This document shows, piece after piece, positions 1-10,344 of a stretch of 64,000 bases of DNA. The first letter of the stretch is position 1. Each line of letters begins with the position of its first letter. The translations under genes and the position numbers were made by a program. The stretch is from a virus (lineage: Duplodnaviria; Heunggongvirae; Uroviricota; Caudoviricetes), in IMG/VR virus record IMGVR_UViG_3300035520_000350, positions 96,466 through 160,465 of that record, one strand, 5' to 3'. The notes under the pieces are model-generated. The model was given only the letters and a program-made list of their open reading frames with translations. It ran no database searches and was not told where the DNA came from.

Positions 1-213
1 GAGTATAGTACTCGTAGTTGCAGTATAATCACTTATATCTGTTCTAAATGTATCACTGAACAGAGTCTTTATTACTCCATATAAGTCTATATAGAGATTA
101 ATCTCTGTTGCTTTAGACCCCTGATACATATAGTACATTAACTCGGTTAATCGGTTGTACTTAATGAAGTAAGAGGTCAGTATAGTCTGTACTGATGCAA
201 TAGGATTACTCAT
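1..213 (-). CDS. Partial CDS running off the window edge (MSNPIASVQTILTSYFIKYNRLTELM...INLYIDLYGVIKTLF); possibly PIN/5'-3' nuclease-like N-terminus
   Basis: Read by hand and absent from the ORF track. Its ATG at 213 overlaps the stop of the 206..619 ORF and the frame is open to base 1. The hydrophobic strand plus Asp (NLYIDL) is only a weak functional hint. Confidence 0.6.
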   Translation of the reverse strand, partial: MSNPIASVQTILTSYFIKYNRLTELMYYMYQGSKATEINLYIDLYGVIKTLFSDTFRTDISDYTATTSTIL

Positions 214-619
214 TTAACAACAACTCCCTTGCATCAAAGAATGCTCCATTGCTATCAGAAGTATCAGACTCATCATAAAGATGCTCTACTACATCTCTAA
301 AGTCATCTCTTTCTTTTAACTTAAGAAGACATTCCTTAGTATCTCCAAATCCAGCCTCAATAAGACCAGATACACAGTTACTAGGACCATCTTCTGTTAA
401 GAAGACTACTCCTTTACTAGGAGTTTCTCCTTTCTCCGGATCTACTCTCCATCTACGTAACTCAAAGTGAGCTTTCTCCGGATCTTTCTCTGTAGTTGCA
501 TCTTTGCACCACTGTACTTTTCTTAATGCAATAAACTGAGATCCTTTCTCATCAATGATTTGATCGTATCCATCATGAAGAAAGTATATCGGTTCAAATG
601 CTTTCTTTTCACTTTCCAT
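206..619 (-). CDS. PC4/YdbC-like ssDNA-binding protein
   Basis: FELRRW...SKGVVFLTED resembles the PC4-family YDxRxW...KGITL motif; GGAGG RBS upstream. Confidence 0.55.
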   Translation of the reverse strand: MESEKKAFEPIYFLHDGYDQIIDEKGSQFIALRKVQWCKDATTEKDPEKAHFELRRWRVDPEKGETPSKGVVFLTEDGPSNCVSGLIEAGFGDTKECLLKLKERDDFRDVVEHLYDESDTSDSNGAFFDARELLLNE

Positions 620-649
620 TTTAAGTATCCCTCCTAAAAATAAAAAGAT

Positions 650-677
650 GAGGGGTGACTGTTTCCAGTCACCCCTC
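650..677 (-). terminator. Intrinsic terminator after the 696..1463 ORF
   Basis: 12-bp stem GAGGGGTGACTG/CAGTCACCCCTC followed by a T-run on the minus strand. Confidence 0.7.
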
Positions 678-695
678 CGCCGCTCGCGATTCTTA

Positions 696-1463
696 TTATC
701 TGATGATATTCATTCCCTGGTTCGGCGATACACCTAAAGTGTTGCACATAGAGTTAACCTCATGCTCGTCTACCCGCTTAATGGACAGGAAGTAATCAGT
801 GACTACGCCGTTACCCATGAAGTTACCGGTATACTGCTGCGGAACTGTGTTCTTCGGATACACGCCATAAACCTTAGCGCTGCCATCTTCGTTTGTAGCA
901 CCATAGATCTCTGTAGCCAGAGCATTCGGATCGATGAACGATACCTTGCTGTAGTTGATCGCAGGCTGCCCATAGAAAGCCTGACGATATACAACATCGG
1001 ACATAACCTTGTCACAGTGCAGTGTCCCATCCTTCTTGATCATGTTCGGGGACACAAACTTAACCAGTGCTGACGCGGCTGCCTCGGTAAGATAGAACCG
1101 ATCTCCCTGCCGGTTTCTGCTGTCGTTCAGACGGATACGTCTTACGGTTTCATTCTTAAGATCACCATTCTTGTCAGGAATCACACGTGTAACGGCTGCT
1201 ACCCGACCATCATCAGTCGGCTCTGCCTCTGCGTGATTGAAGAACAGTGAGATGCTTCCTACACCCTGCTGGTTTACTTCGTAGATGCAACCCTCGAAGT
1301 CGATGAATACGGATCTAAATAAGTCCGAAACCAGTTTGCAGAAATCTGTCGAGCGGATGAATTTTTCCTCAACGATGCCGTTGAACGGTACGTGTTCCGT
1401 CACGTTGATCTCAAATTTCTTCTTCGCTTCCTTGTTCGTTTCAACTTTGTTCTCGTTACTCAT
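696..1463 (-). CDS. Hypothetical phage protein
   Basis: 255-aa ORF with AAGGAGG RBS; no motif recognised. Confidence 0.75.
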   Translation of the reverse strand: MSNENKVETNKEAKKKFEINVTEHVPFNGIVEEKFIRSTDFCKLVSDLFRSVFIDFEGCIYEVNQQGVGSISLFFNHAEAEPTDDGRVAAVTRVIPDKNGDLKNETVRRIRLNDSRNRQGDRFYLTEAAASALVKFVSPNMIKKDGTLHCDKVMSDVVYRQAFYGQPAINYSKVSFIDPNALATEIYGATNEDGSAKVYGVYPKNTVPQQYTGNFMGNGVVTDYFLSIKRVDEHEVNSMCNTLGVSPNQGMNIIR

Positions 1464-1546
1464 TTTAGAGTACCTCCTTTAAATAAGAATTTTATTAGAT
1501 AGAAGATCTAAAGAAGATCTTATATCGCTATTATAATATATGAGCA

Positions 1547-2569
1547 CTACTTATTTTGCTCTTTGTACTTATCGAAGATTCTTAACCTGAATGTATTAGC
1601 TAAGTACTCCTTTTCTTTCTGTATAGAGATATCTTGTTCAAGATATGCTCCATCTATTCTATATACCATTAGGTATAGCTTATCTTTAGAATCTCTTATA
1701 AGTACATAGTTTTCGTTTCTATACTCAGCAAGATCTATATCGTAACCATATTCACTAATAATACAGTCTACTATATTGATCTGGAATGTAGAAGAGAAGA
1801 ACTGTAAAAGATCAGATGGAAGAGAGTAATATGACTGCTCTGCCTCATCTTTCTTTTCTATGATGTAGTTATCTATTTCAAAATCTACATCTGTGATTCC
1901 GAAAGATTGATCTACATCTATCCAGAAGTTATTCTGTTCAAGTAGTAGCTTGATATCGCTACACCAACCTTTATCTGCTTTCTTTAACTTAAGTACCGGA
2001 TTGTTAGTAGCATCTACATGCTTCTCGTATAACTTTCTAAGCACGTCGTTAAACTTTATAGTGTTTACACACTCTAATACAGTATCTAATGTATCGTCGT
2101 AGTAGATATTAACCATATCAGAGTAAAGTATCTCGTTACATGCTAATAGTTCAGCATAGTTTATATTAGTAGGACATGTTCTGTCTGATACAGATACACC
2201 TACCATACCATGATCATACTCTTCAGATAAGAGAGTATAGAAGAAGTCTGTAACAGACTGTCTACATATTACACATGGTACATTCATACCAGCCATAGCA
2301 TCAGCTCTTCTAAGAAGAGTTACTACAACATCATTGTTATTATTGATAGATACAGTAGAGAAGGATATAACACCTATTGATTCCAGTACACTATATCCCT
2401 CTTCTCTAAGTTCCCGAACTAATTTTTTTGTGTTATTACCTTCTGAATCTGTAACACGTACTTTCTCAGGACTATATATTCTAGTGATTCTTACTATATC
2501 AAAATTGCCATCTTCTCTTTCTTTAAATAACTTACAGCCAAGTAAAGTATTGGCATTCTGTTCACTCAT
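1547..2569 (-). CDS. Hypothetical phage protein
   Basis: 340-aa ORF with AAGGAGG RBS and an ATATATTATA box upstream (2615-2624). Confidence 0.75.
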   Translation of the reverse strand: MSEQNANTLLGCKLFKEREDGNFDIVRITRIYSPEKVRVTDSEGNNTKKLVRELREEGYSVLESIGVISFSTVSINNNNDVVVTLLRRADAMAGMNVPCVICRQSVTDFFYTLLSEEYDHGMVGVSVSDRTCPTNINYAELLACNEILYSDMVNIYYDDTLDTVLECVNTIKFNDVLRKLYEKHVDATNNPVLKLKKADKGWCSDIKLLLEQNNFWIDVDQSFGITDVDFEIDNYIIEKKDEAEQSYYSLPSDLLQFFSSTFQINIVDCIISEYGYDIDLAEYRNENYVLIRDSKDKLYLMVYRIDGAYLEQDISIQKEKEYLANTFRLRIFDKYKEQNK

Positions 2570-2715
2570 GTCTAACCTCCTTATTATATCATAAATTATT
2601 GACTAAGTTAAAGCTATAATATATGAATACTTAGCAAATTAGACTTAGATAGACTCTAAATCACATCTATTAGAAAGAACTTTCTAATAATTTAATAAAA
2701 GGAGGTAATCTACGT

Positions 2716-3843
2716 ATGATTTACGGATCGTTAGCTAAGAACTTAGCTAATTCTAGTGGACGATATAATGTAGTATCAGAGAGTGATGCTATATTAGAGT
2801 ATCTACAGAACGAAGCTAGTACTTACAGTAATATCGTCTTCAACGAGTCTTATATAGACGAAGAAGAGAGATTAGTTGCTGAAGCTAAACTTGAAGCTTT
2901 AAACGAAGCAGTAAGTGGAGCTATCATTGCAGCTATTATCGCTCTACTCGGAGTTGTATTAGTCATTATCGGTAAAGCTACTGGATTGTTCAAGAAGGCT
3001 GCTGAGAAGATTAAAGATATCGGTGATAAAAAGAAAGAGAAGGACGGCGGAACAAAAGAGTTCACCAAAGAGCAGATCGAGCAGATAGAGGCATTAATCA
3101 AGGAAGAAGCAGATAAACTTGATTATGCTCATAAAGATAAGATCACTGGATATTGCTCTGTTGATTTCTCTAAGGACGTTAAGATTGAGGGATCAGCAAA
3201 GAACTTCATTAATGATGGTCCAGCTCTGTTCAAAGTTCTTTTAGAGTATGCTAAGCAGTTATGTGGTATATCTACCAATGCAACTGTTGAACAGGCTAAC
3301 TCTGTAATTGATCCGGTTTTAAAGAAGTTGAACGAACTTAAAGATGACTATGATAAAGCCGGTATTATAAAGAGTAAGTTTGAAGATAAGAACAACTTCT
3401 TTTTAGACTACTGGATTGAGCATCAGGTGAGTCACAATGAGGCTAGAGTTACAATAGATAAGTATGCAGAGCAGGCTCTTTATTATTCAAAAGCTTTAAC
3501 AGTTGAACGGAAAACTGAAGATGAGGCAAGAAAGCTTGAATCGTATATGAAGCAGAACACCAAAGAGCTGATTGCTAATATGCAGCCGTCAAAGCATGAG
3601 AATAACAAAGATTATTCCACTGTAGCTCATAATTTGAATACTTGCTTTGGAACAATGAAGAATACGATTGAATTATATCGTTTGATCACCAAAGAATGGG
3701 TAAAGGTTGAGAACTTCAGATTCAGGATCATGGTCATCTATGCTACTAGAGGCAAAGGTGGTAGCAAGAAAGATGAAGACACTAAGGAAGATACCAAAGA
3801 GAAAACCGAAACAGAAGAGAATAAGGAGGAAGATAAGAAATGA
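2716..3843 (+). CDS. Putative internal head (ejection) protein, paralogue 1
   Basis: MIYG-start propeptide with VSE/LxE sites (VSES, FNES, LNEA), then a hydrophobic helix (AVSGAIIAAIIALLG); N-terminal ~90 aa shared with paralogues 2 and 3. Confidence 0.6.
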   Translation: MIYGSLAKNLANSSGRYNVVSESDAILEYLQNEASTYSNIVFNESYIDEEERLVAEAKLEALNEAVSGAIIAAIIALLGVVLVIIGKATGLFKKAAEKIKDIGDKKKEKDGGTKEFTKEQIEQIEALIKEEADKLDYAHKDKITGYCSVDFSKDVKIEGSAKNFINDGPALFKVLLEYAKQLCGISTNATVEQANSVIDPVLKKLNELKDDYDKAGIIKSKFEDKNNFFLDYWIEHQVSHNEARVTIDKYAEQALYYSKALTVERKTEDEARKLESYMKQNTKELIANMQPSKHENNKDYSTVAHNLNTCFGTMKNTIELYRLITKEWVKVENFRFRIMVIYATRGKGGSKKDEDTKEDTKEKTETEENKEEDKK

Positions 3844-5108
3844 TCTATGGACAGTTAGCTAAAAACATGTCCTCCACTAGGGGGGGGGTAGTAGTATCTG
3901 AAAGTGATGCTATTATAAAGTTCTTACAACAGGAGTCGAATGAGTATAGAAATTCTGTACTTAATGAATCGTACTTATCTAATGAAGAGCGGATAGTGTA
4001 TGAAGCTAAGATAGAGGCTTTAAACGAAGCCGTTACGGGTGCAATTATAGCGGCTATTGTAGCCGCTGTAGGTGCACTCATTGCTTTGGTAGCTAAAATT
4101 ATTTCTACTTTATCTTCAGGACAGCAGAAGTTGTCATCTGCAGCTTCTAAAGCTGTCAATTCTAGTACCAAATCATCAACTTCCACTAACAGTAATAGTT
4201 CTACTGGATCTGGTACTAGTAATACCTCTGGAAGTGGCAACAGTTCAAAATCACAGTCAACTACCTCTAGAAAATGGGGTCAGTTATCTTCTGATGAAAA
4301 GAATAAGGTTTTAACAAAAATTCTTTCTGATAGCAAACTGAAGGGTGTCAGTACAATTGATTTTACTCAAGTAATTAACTGTGGCGCTATGAGAGAGTTA
4401 TGTGAAGCAGAGAAAATATTAAACGATATTGTCAATAATCAAGATAATTACACTCCTGATGAATTTGAATCTAAACAGCAGGAAGCTTTATCTAAAATTA
4501 AATGCTTAAGTAGTCAAGATTTAGAAGACATTGCATCTGTAGACACTAGTGGAGACATAAATGAACTATATAGAATTGGAGATCATGCTATTATAAATAA
4601 AAGCTATCAGAAAGCATTTGATGACAATGCTAAAAATCTGAATGGTGATCCCAAGCTTGCTCTTACAAAAATCTATAATGATAATCTTGTGAATATCGAT
4701 TCAGTATTCTCTAATCCAGATCAATACAAGTCATCGTTAGATAAATTATATAGTGCCTCTATATCTAAATTGAAGGTAGTTCAATCGGATCTTAAGGAAT
4801 TAGAAGGACTTACAAAGAAAGAGGAAGCATATATAAAAGCCAGAACTGAAAAGGATATTGAATATTATAAATCAGTCAATGCTGAAATAGAAGATGAAAA
4901 TGGACATAGTAGAAAAATGACTGAAGATGATTTCAATGATATACGAAAGGCAAACACTGCAGCTATGAAGATTGTCAAAACTATATTAAGCAGATACGGA
5001 AAAACATTATCAGGATGGCAGACTATAGAGAATGCAAGAACATCTATTATAGTTCAAATAGTTATAGCAAGTGTAAATCCAGAAAAATATCTTAAGAATG
5101 AAGATTAA
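3840..5108 (+). CDS. Putative internal head protein, paralogue 2 (in frame through a G9 tract)
   Basis: Same propeptide and hydrophobic helix; Ser/Thr-rich linker; G9 at 3880-3888 read as AGG GGG GGG GTA. Confidence 0.6.
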   Translation: MIYGQLAKNMSSTRGGVVVSESDAIIKFLQQESNEYRNSVLNESYLSNEERIVYEAKIEALNEAVTGAIIAAIVAAVGALIALVAKIISTLSSGQQKLSSAASKAVNSSTKSSTSTNSNSSTGSGTSNTSGSGNSSKSQSTTSRKWGQLSSDEKNKVLTKILSDSKLKGVSTIDFTQVINCGAMRELCEAEKILNDIVNNQDNYTPDEFESKQQEALSKIKCLSSQDLEDIASVDTSGDINELYRIGDHAIINKSYQKAFDDNAKNLNGDPKLALTKIYNDNLVNIDSVFSNPDQYKSSLDKLYSASISKLKVVQSDLKELEGLTKKEEAYIKARTEKDIEYYKSVNAEIEDENGHSRKMTEDDFNDIRKANTAAMKIVKTILSRYGKTLSGWQTIENARTSIIVQIVIASVNPEKYLKNED

Positions 5109-5114
5109 AAGTTA

Positions 5115-5139
5115 GTACCAGAGTAATATACTCTGGTAC
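5115..5139. terminator. Bidirectional terminator between convergent paralogues 2 and 3
   Basis: GTACCAGAGT/ACTCTGGTAC stem with an A-run on the left and a T-run on the right. Confidence 0.65.
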
Positions 5140-5145
5140 CTTTCT

Positions 5146-6692
5146 TTACGCATACTCTGGATATGGATCTTCTACATCTGCAAACTCTTTAGGATAACTC
5201 TTCTTATACTCAAGATAGATATCTTCAGTTATAGCTTTTTTAGCATGTCTATTGAACGAGCCAACGAAAGCATTGACATATCTGAGTCTAAAGTTCTCCA
5301 ATGCAGTCCATTCATTAACAAACTGAGTGAAGTTAGTTACAGCATTCTTCTCCACATAGAGCATATCCTGTAAGAACTTCTCTTTCTCTTTTTGATATTG
5401 TTCTTTATACTTTTCAGGATTCTTTTCCATGTCTTCAATTTCATCACTAATTCTTCCTTCTCTATCACCAAACGTATCTTTCTGGTATTTATAAGAAGCT
5501 ATTCTTAATTCGTAACCTTTATCGTAGTAATCTGCATTATAATTATTTTTCTTCAAAGAATTAAGATATCTTTTGAAAGCTTCAATATCTTTTAAATATT
5601 TCTTTTGCAAAGATTCTGCTATTTCAAATATTTTACCTTTTATAAAACCATCATAATGCATAGCAACATAATCTATACTACTATCACAATCTTCATTGTA
5701 TATTTTTCGTAGAAAATAATCAATACCATGTTTCACATCGCTTCTATTATAACTCAATGCAAAGTTATAATAATCGTGGTTAAAGAAAACACTAGTAGGG
5801 TTATTCACATCATATTTTAGACTAGATACCATTATTCCTTTATTAAAAGGCTGATTTTGGATCGGGCTTTTATCTTTATTATCTTCTTCTGATACACTGA
5901 CCTCAGTAATCTTTTTCATCATTCGATTTATTGCATTTTCGTTAAGATTAGATGTAATATCAATACATGAGAATCCCTTATATTTATCAGATTTGGGTAG
6001 TTCATCCTGCATTTTTAGCTTATTTCTTATAAACCATTGTTCTTTTCCATAAAAGAATCCACCCTTACCAAATTTTTTGAAGGTTTCTTTTATAGTATTT
6101 TCTATTTTGGATTTATATTCATCTAGTATTTTCTGCTTATTTAATTTGAACTTTTCTTCTGCAACTTTCTTAACTTCTTCCTGTGCTCGTTTCCATTTCT
6201 CATCCTGTTCTCGTTTCCACTTCTCTTCTTGTTCTTTCTTTCGTTTCTCATCATCTTTAGATGAAGAAGATGCATTGGATGAATTAGAGGTCTTATTATT
6301 TGAGGATGAAGAAGTATTACTGGACGATGATTGTTTATTATCTTCTGCAGGTGGTTTAGTATTGTTAGATACCTTCTTGATATTCTCTTTTACTTTCTCT
6401 CCACCTTGTCTCATCATAGATACCAGTTTTACTAATATTGCCGCAAGAGCAGTTAAAGCGGCTATTATAGCTGCTATAATAGCTCCGGTTACTGCTTCTT
6501 GTAATACTTCATACTTTGCTTCCATAACAAGTCTTTCTTCTTCTGTTAAGTAAGACTCTGTGAGAATCATATTACTGTATGAATCTCGTTCACTCTTTAA
6601 GCATTCTATAATAGTATCCGCTTCAGATACTACTACCCCCCCCCCCTAGTGGGTGAGGAGGCTAAATTTTTTGCTAATTGTCCGTAAATCAC
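5146..6692 (-). pseudogene. Internal head protein paralogue 3, frameshifted at a G11 tract
   Basis: GGAGG RBS and GTG at 6692 give VIYGQLAKNLASSPTRGGG then TAG. G9 or G12 would join this to the 5146..6570 ORF (VVVSEADTIIE...LTES...LQEAVTGAIIAAII). Confidence 0.7.
6636..6646 (-). repeat. G11 homopolymer inside the paralogue 3 coding sequence
   Basis: 11 C on the plus strand; same CCACTA-Gn-TAGTAGTATCTGAA context as the G9 in paralogue 2. Confidence 0.9.
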
Positions 6693-6734
6693 AATGATTA
6701 CCTCCTTATAATATTTTATATAAGTGTTCTATTC

Positions 6735-6745
6735 GGGGGGGGGGG
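6735..6745 (+). repeat. G11 homopolymer in the divergent promoter region
   Basis: 11 G between the late-type promoter of paralogue 3 and the start of the early array. Confidence 0.9.
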
Positions 6746-6806
6746 TAATTTAGTTTGTATTATGATAGACACTTCTCTATAATAAAACTATAAGGAGGTA
6801 GTAACT

Positions 6807-7334
6807 ATGGAATCTATGGCAGTAGATACTCTGAAACAACGTCTTGTATCTAATGGTCATACTTTAGATGAAGCAGAGAAGATAGCTACAGAAATAGCTT
6901 CTATACTTGATTTGGATAGCGGAAAACCATTGTTTAAAGAAGATTATGGTTATACAGCAGAAGAACTAAGTTTACTCAACTCTGAAGACTTTACTATAAG
7001 TGAAAAGGAGTTATCTGAGTTATTCTTAAAGTATACCGGTTGTACTGAAGATCAGGCTAAGTATGTATCTAGTAGACTAATGACACATCCAGAAATACTT
7101 AAGAGTGTAGTTGATAACATAAACAATTACAAAATAAGCTTAGCCGGTGCAACAGGTACGATATTTGTTAATTTCATACCTTATATAAGAGAGAATGATC
7201 ATTATGCGGTATATGTGTTGATCGGATATGGTAAGCTGGGAGAATATGGAAAACCACATTGGTACACCATATATCAGGATGGAAGAATCAAATATAGTAA
7301 TGATAAAGATATGAGTGCTATTAATAGGAGGTAG
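6807..7334 (+). CDS. Early-array protein, CTxxQA-domain family
   Basis: KYTGCTEDQAKYVSSRL; N-terminus homologous to the next gene at DNA level. Confidence 0.75.
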   Translation: MESMAVDTLKQRLVSNGHTLDEAEKIATEIASILDLDSGKPLFKEDYGYTAEELSLLNSEDFTISEKELSELFLKYTGCTEDQAKYVSSRLMTHPEILKSVVDNINNYKISLAGATGTIFVNFIPYIRENDHYAVYVLIGYGKLGEYGKPHWYTIYQDGRIKYSNDKDMSAINRR

Positions 7335-7340
7335 ATAACT

Positions 7341-8252
7341 ATGGAATCTGTGACAGTAAATACCTTGAAACAACGTCTTGTTAATAAAGGTTATACTTTA
7401 GATGAAGCGTTAAGGATATCTGTAGATATAGCTTCTATACTTGATCTAGATGCCGCTGAGTTTAAAATGGATGATATTAGTACAAAGTGTGGTATAGATA
7501 AAGAAATATGGATCAGAGCAGACATACCAAATATTACAGAAGAAGATTTAACAGAACTGTTTTCAAAGTATGCTAAATGTGATGTAGAAAATGCTAAGCT
7601 TATAGCAAAGCATCTTATAGAATATCCTAAAGATGTACTTGATACTGTAGCTACCGCATTGATCAATCATAAGATAAACTTAAGAAAAGCATATGGTATA
7701 TCAATTGTAACTGCTAGTAGAAATAAACGATCTGTTACGCTCTGGTATTGTAACGAAGGAAGAAAAGACAGAGTTATAAAATATACGTTTTATGATAACG
7801 GAACATGGATAGGTAGAGAGGAAATTATGCACGGTATAATGGAATTTAATAATACCACTATTATCAGAAACCGTATTGTAAGTATTGGTTATTCAGAGGA
7901 TGAAGCTCAAAGAATCAGTGAAGAAATAGCTCATATACTTAAAGGTAAAAATATTGAACTGCTGAAAGATAATGGTAATGACGCACAACTTGATGAAGTG
8001 CTAAGTTTAGTTAATGCTAAGGACTTTAGTGTAGACGAAAAGGAATTATCTGACCTGTTCTTAAACTATACTGGTTGTACCGAGGATGATGCTAAGTATG
8101 TAGCTACAAAACTTATTGACTATCCTGTAGATGTAATCAAAGCTGTTATATCGTTAGTATACAATTTTAGAATGAATCTCAGTTTTGTGTGGGTGAATGG
8201 CTCATCAGCACCATCTACACTTGAAATAAGTTATTTATTAAAGGAGGAATAA
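7341..8252 (+). CDS. Early-array protein with two CTxxQA-domain copies
   Basis: KYAKCDVENAKLIA and NYTGCTEDDAKYVATKL; internal tandem duplication. Confidence 0.75.
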   Translation: MESVTVNTLKQRLVNKGYTLDEALRISVDIASILDLDAAEFKMDDISTKCGIDKEIWIRADIPNITEEDLTELFSKYAKCDVENAKLIAKHLIEYPKDVLDTVATALINHKINLRKAYGISIVTASRNKRSVTLWYCNEGRKDRVIKYTFYDNGTWIGREEIMHGIMEFNNTTIIRNRIVSIGYSEDEAQRISEEIAHILKGKNIELLKDNGNDAQLDEVLSLVNAKDFSVDEKELSDLFLNYTGCTEDDAKYVATKLIDYPVDVIKAVISLVYNFRMNLSFVWVNGSSAPSTLEISYLLKEE

Positions 8253-8253
8253 G

Positions 8254-8331
8254 ATGAGTAACTTTAGTGACAAGTATGACTATTACTGGTCTAAGCTTGA
8301 TTTTGAGAAGGAACCGGAAGACGATTATTAA
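8254..8331 (+). CDS. 25-aa small ORF (MSNFSDKYDYYWSKLDFEKEPEDDY)
   Basis: AAGGAGG RBS; lies just before the terminator hairpin at 8341-8367; below the ORF-track cutoff. Confidence 0.45.
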   Translation: MSNFSDKYDYYWSKLDFEKEPEDDY

Positions 8332-8397
8332 AGAATGACTAACCCCAGACTATAATAGTCTGGGGTTGTATTTCGTTAAAAGATCCTGGATAGAGTT

Positions 8398-8407
8398 ATA
8401 TATTATA
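8398..8407 (+). promoter_or_regulatory. ATATATTATA early-type promoter box (example)
   Basis: Also at 1541(-), 2624(-), 40153(-) and 63603; one-mismatch copies at 54979, 57229 and 61045; resembles the phiKZ early TATATTAC box. Confidence 0.55.
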
Positions 8408-8455
8408 GATATGAGTTGAAACTCAAAAATCTATAATAGAAAGGAAGAAGAAACA

Positions 8456-9082
8456 ATGGATTTAAGTATTTTCAAATTGGAGAACGGCTTGGAGGACCTT
8501 GTTGAGGGAGTACTGGAGAAATTGGATATGGAGGATGAAGAGATCTATCATATCCTTACCAGTTCTGAAAATGATGAGAGAGGGGATATTAATCTTATCA
8601 TCAAAATTTCAAATATGGTGATTGAAAAATTGACTTCTGATCTTACTGATGAGGAGGAAAAGAATATCATCTCTAATTACTATGACGTTATATGCCGCAA
8701 TGTTGTTAGAAGTTACTTGATAAGAACGTCATATAAGTGTTTTAATTCTGATAAGTCAGAAGACACACGTATTAGCTATCTGTATTACGCTATACTTTGG
8801 TTAGCAGATTGTAACAATACAGATTTGGCTAAGTATTTGTCAATTAATCTAATAAGCAATAATCAATTGCTTCCAATTTTATTCATTAATTTGTTTAGCG
8901 GAATGGTTAATATGACAAACTGTGAATCTGTTATGATTGATAGAATGGATGATACATTTATTATCAAGACAGAACGAAATGACAGAAGGGGATTAGGAGT
9001 TTATAAGCACTGTGATTATATGTTTGAGCTTGTTACGTACACTCCTAGTGCTTGCAATATGTTTATAAGCCAATATAACTAA
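8456..9082 (+). CDS. Early-array protein, CTxxQA-domain family (divergent)
   Basis: IYHIL N-terminal motif, LADCNNTDLAKYLS, C-terminal KHCDYMF. Confidence 0.7.
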   Translation: MDLSIFKLENGLEDLVEGVLEKLDMEDEEIYHILTSSENDERGDINLIIKISNMVIEKLTSDLTDEEEKNIISNYYDVICRNVVRSYLIRTSYKCFNSDKSEDTRISYLYYAILWLADCNNTDLAKYLSINLISNNQLLPILFINLFSGMVNMTNCESVMIDRMDDTFIIKTERNDRRGLGVYKHCDYMFELVTYTPSACNMFISQYN

Positions 9083-9096
9083 TGGGAGGCAGAATA

Positions 9097-9687
9097 ATGC
9101 ATAAAGTTATTCTTAGAGCATTTAATATAGATGCTGTGATTAAGAATGTTATTGAAGAATTAGAACTAACAGATCAAGATATCTATCGTATTCTCACTAG
9201 TTCAGAATCAGAGGGTAAAGCTGGAGTATTCAATCTTGAGAGCAAAGTTACAAAAATGGTACGTGATAAACTGAGAGGGAAGCATTTTATCACTCCTCTT
9301 GAATGTCTTGATAATGTAGAAATGTATTTCTTAAAGACATCTTATAAGTGTTTTAACGCTGATGAGATGGGAGAAGCATATCACTATCTATATTATGATA
9401 TACTATGGCTTACAGGTTGTAGTTATTATCATCAAGTTAGGGATTTGTCAAAAGAGTTATTGGAGCATAAGACAATACTTCCTAGTTTGTTTGATAATTT
9501 GTTTCACGGAGCGATAGATCTTGTAAATTGTTTAACAGTTACTGTTGAGACAGATGATGTGGATGAAGCAGTCATTATCAGAGCTGTACGGAAATATGAA
9601 AACTATGATTACAGTAAATACTGTGATTATGTATTCGATCAGAATAGCGATGAGAATACTATGACCATCAATATGTACAATAAGTAG
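9097..9687 (+). CDS. Early-array protein, CTxxQA-domain family
   Basis: IYRIL, LTGCSYYHQV, IDLVNC, KYCDYVF; start moved to the ATG after GGGAGG. Confidence 0.7.
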   Translation: MHKVILRAFNIDAVIKNVIEELELTDQDIYRILTSSESEGKAGVFNLESKVTKMVRDKLRGKHFITPLECLDNVEMYFLKTSYKCFNADEMGEAYHYLYYDILWLTGCSYYHQVRDLSKELLEHKTILPSLFDNLFHGAIDLVNCLTVTVETDDVDEAVIIRAVRKYENYDYSKYCDYVFDQNSDENTMTINMYNK

Positions 9688-9701
9688 GGAGGGAAGAAAC
9701 A

Positions 9702-10340
9702 GTGGAAACAGCTATGATTGAAACAACTTACGACTTCAATACTATGGTAGAGAAGATCGTTACAGAAGATTTGAAATTGACACCTAAGGAAGTGTATCGT
9801 ATCTTATCCGGTGATGCTGCTATGAGTTGGATTGAGCTTATCACCAATGTTACATCGGCGCTTCTTGACAAGGTAGAATGTAAGGATGAGGAAGGGAAGC
9901 GGAACTGGATATGCTACTATGAGACTGTTGCTACAGATGTTGCTAAGAGATATCTGTTAAGCATGTCTTTTGATGAGTTCAATGCCTCTTATTATAAGCA
10001 GGCATACACTTATATGCAAAGAGCATTTATGATATTGACTGGATGTACCTATGAACAGGCTAATGATCTTACAGACAGTTTTATTGAACTCAGAGATATT
10101 CATGCTTGTTTGTTTGATCATTTGTTTAGTAGAAACATTAATCTTTGTAACTGTAAAGAGGTTAGATTTGAAATAGCAAGAGGACTTTCTCCGAATCTTT
10201 ATATTATCAGAACTGTACGTGATAATAAAAATTGTAATCTTAGCAAACATTGTGATTATTGTTTTAAAGAAACCAAATCAAATCGCAATATGTTTATAGA
10301 TATGTATAGTTCAGATAAAGAAATGGAATCGGAGGTATAA
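9702..10340 (+). CDS. Early-array protein, CTxxQA-domain family
   Basis: VYRIL, LTGCTYEQANDL, INLCNC, KHCDYCF. Confidence 0.7.
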   Translation: METAMIETTYDFNTMVEKIVTEDLKLTPKEVYRILSGDAAMSWIELITNVTSALLDKVECKDEEGKRNWICYYETVATDVAKRYLLSMSFDEFNASYYKQAYTYMQRAFMILTGCTYEQANDLTDSFIELRDIHACLFDHLFSRNINLCNCKEVRFEIARGLSPNLYIIRTVRDNKNCNLSKHCDYCFKETKSNRNMFIDMYSSDKEMESEV

Positions 10341-10344
10341 AGAG

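Noticed and set aside
1620-1634. Partial match GTATAGAGATAT to the intron module
   Set aside because: It lies within a coding region, lacks the flanks and intron core, and is a chance match.
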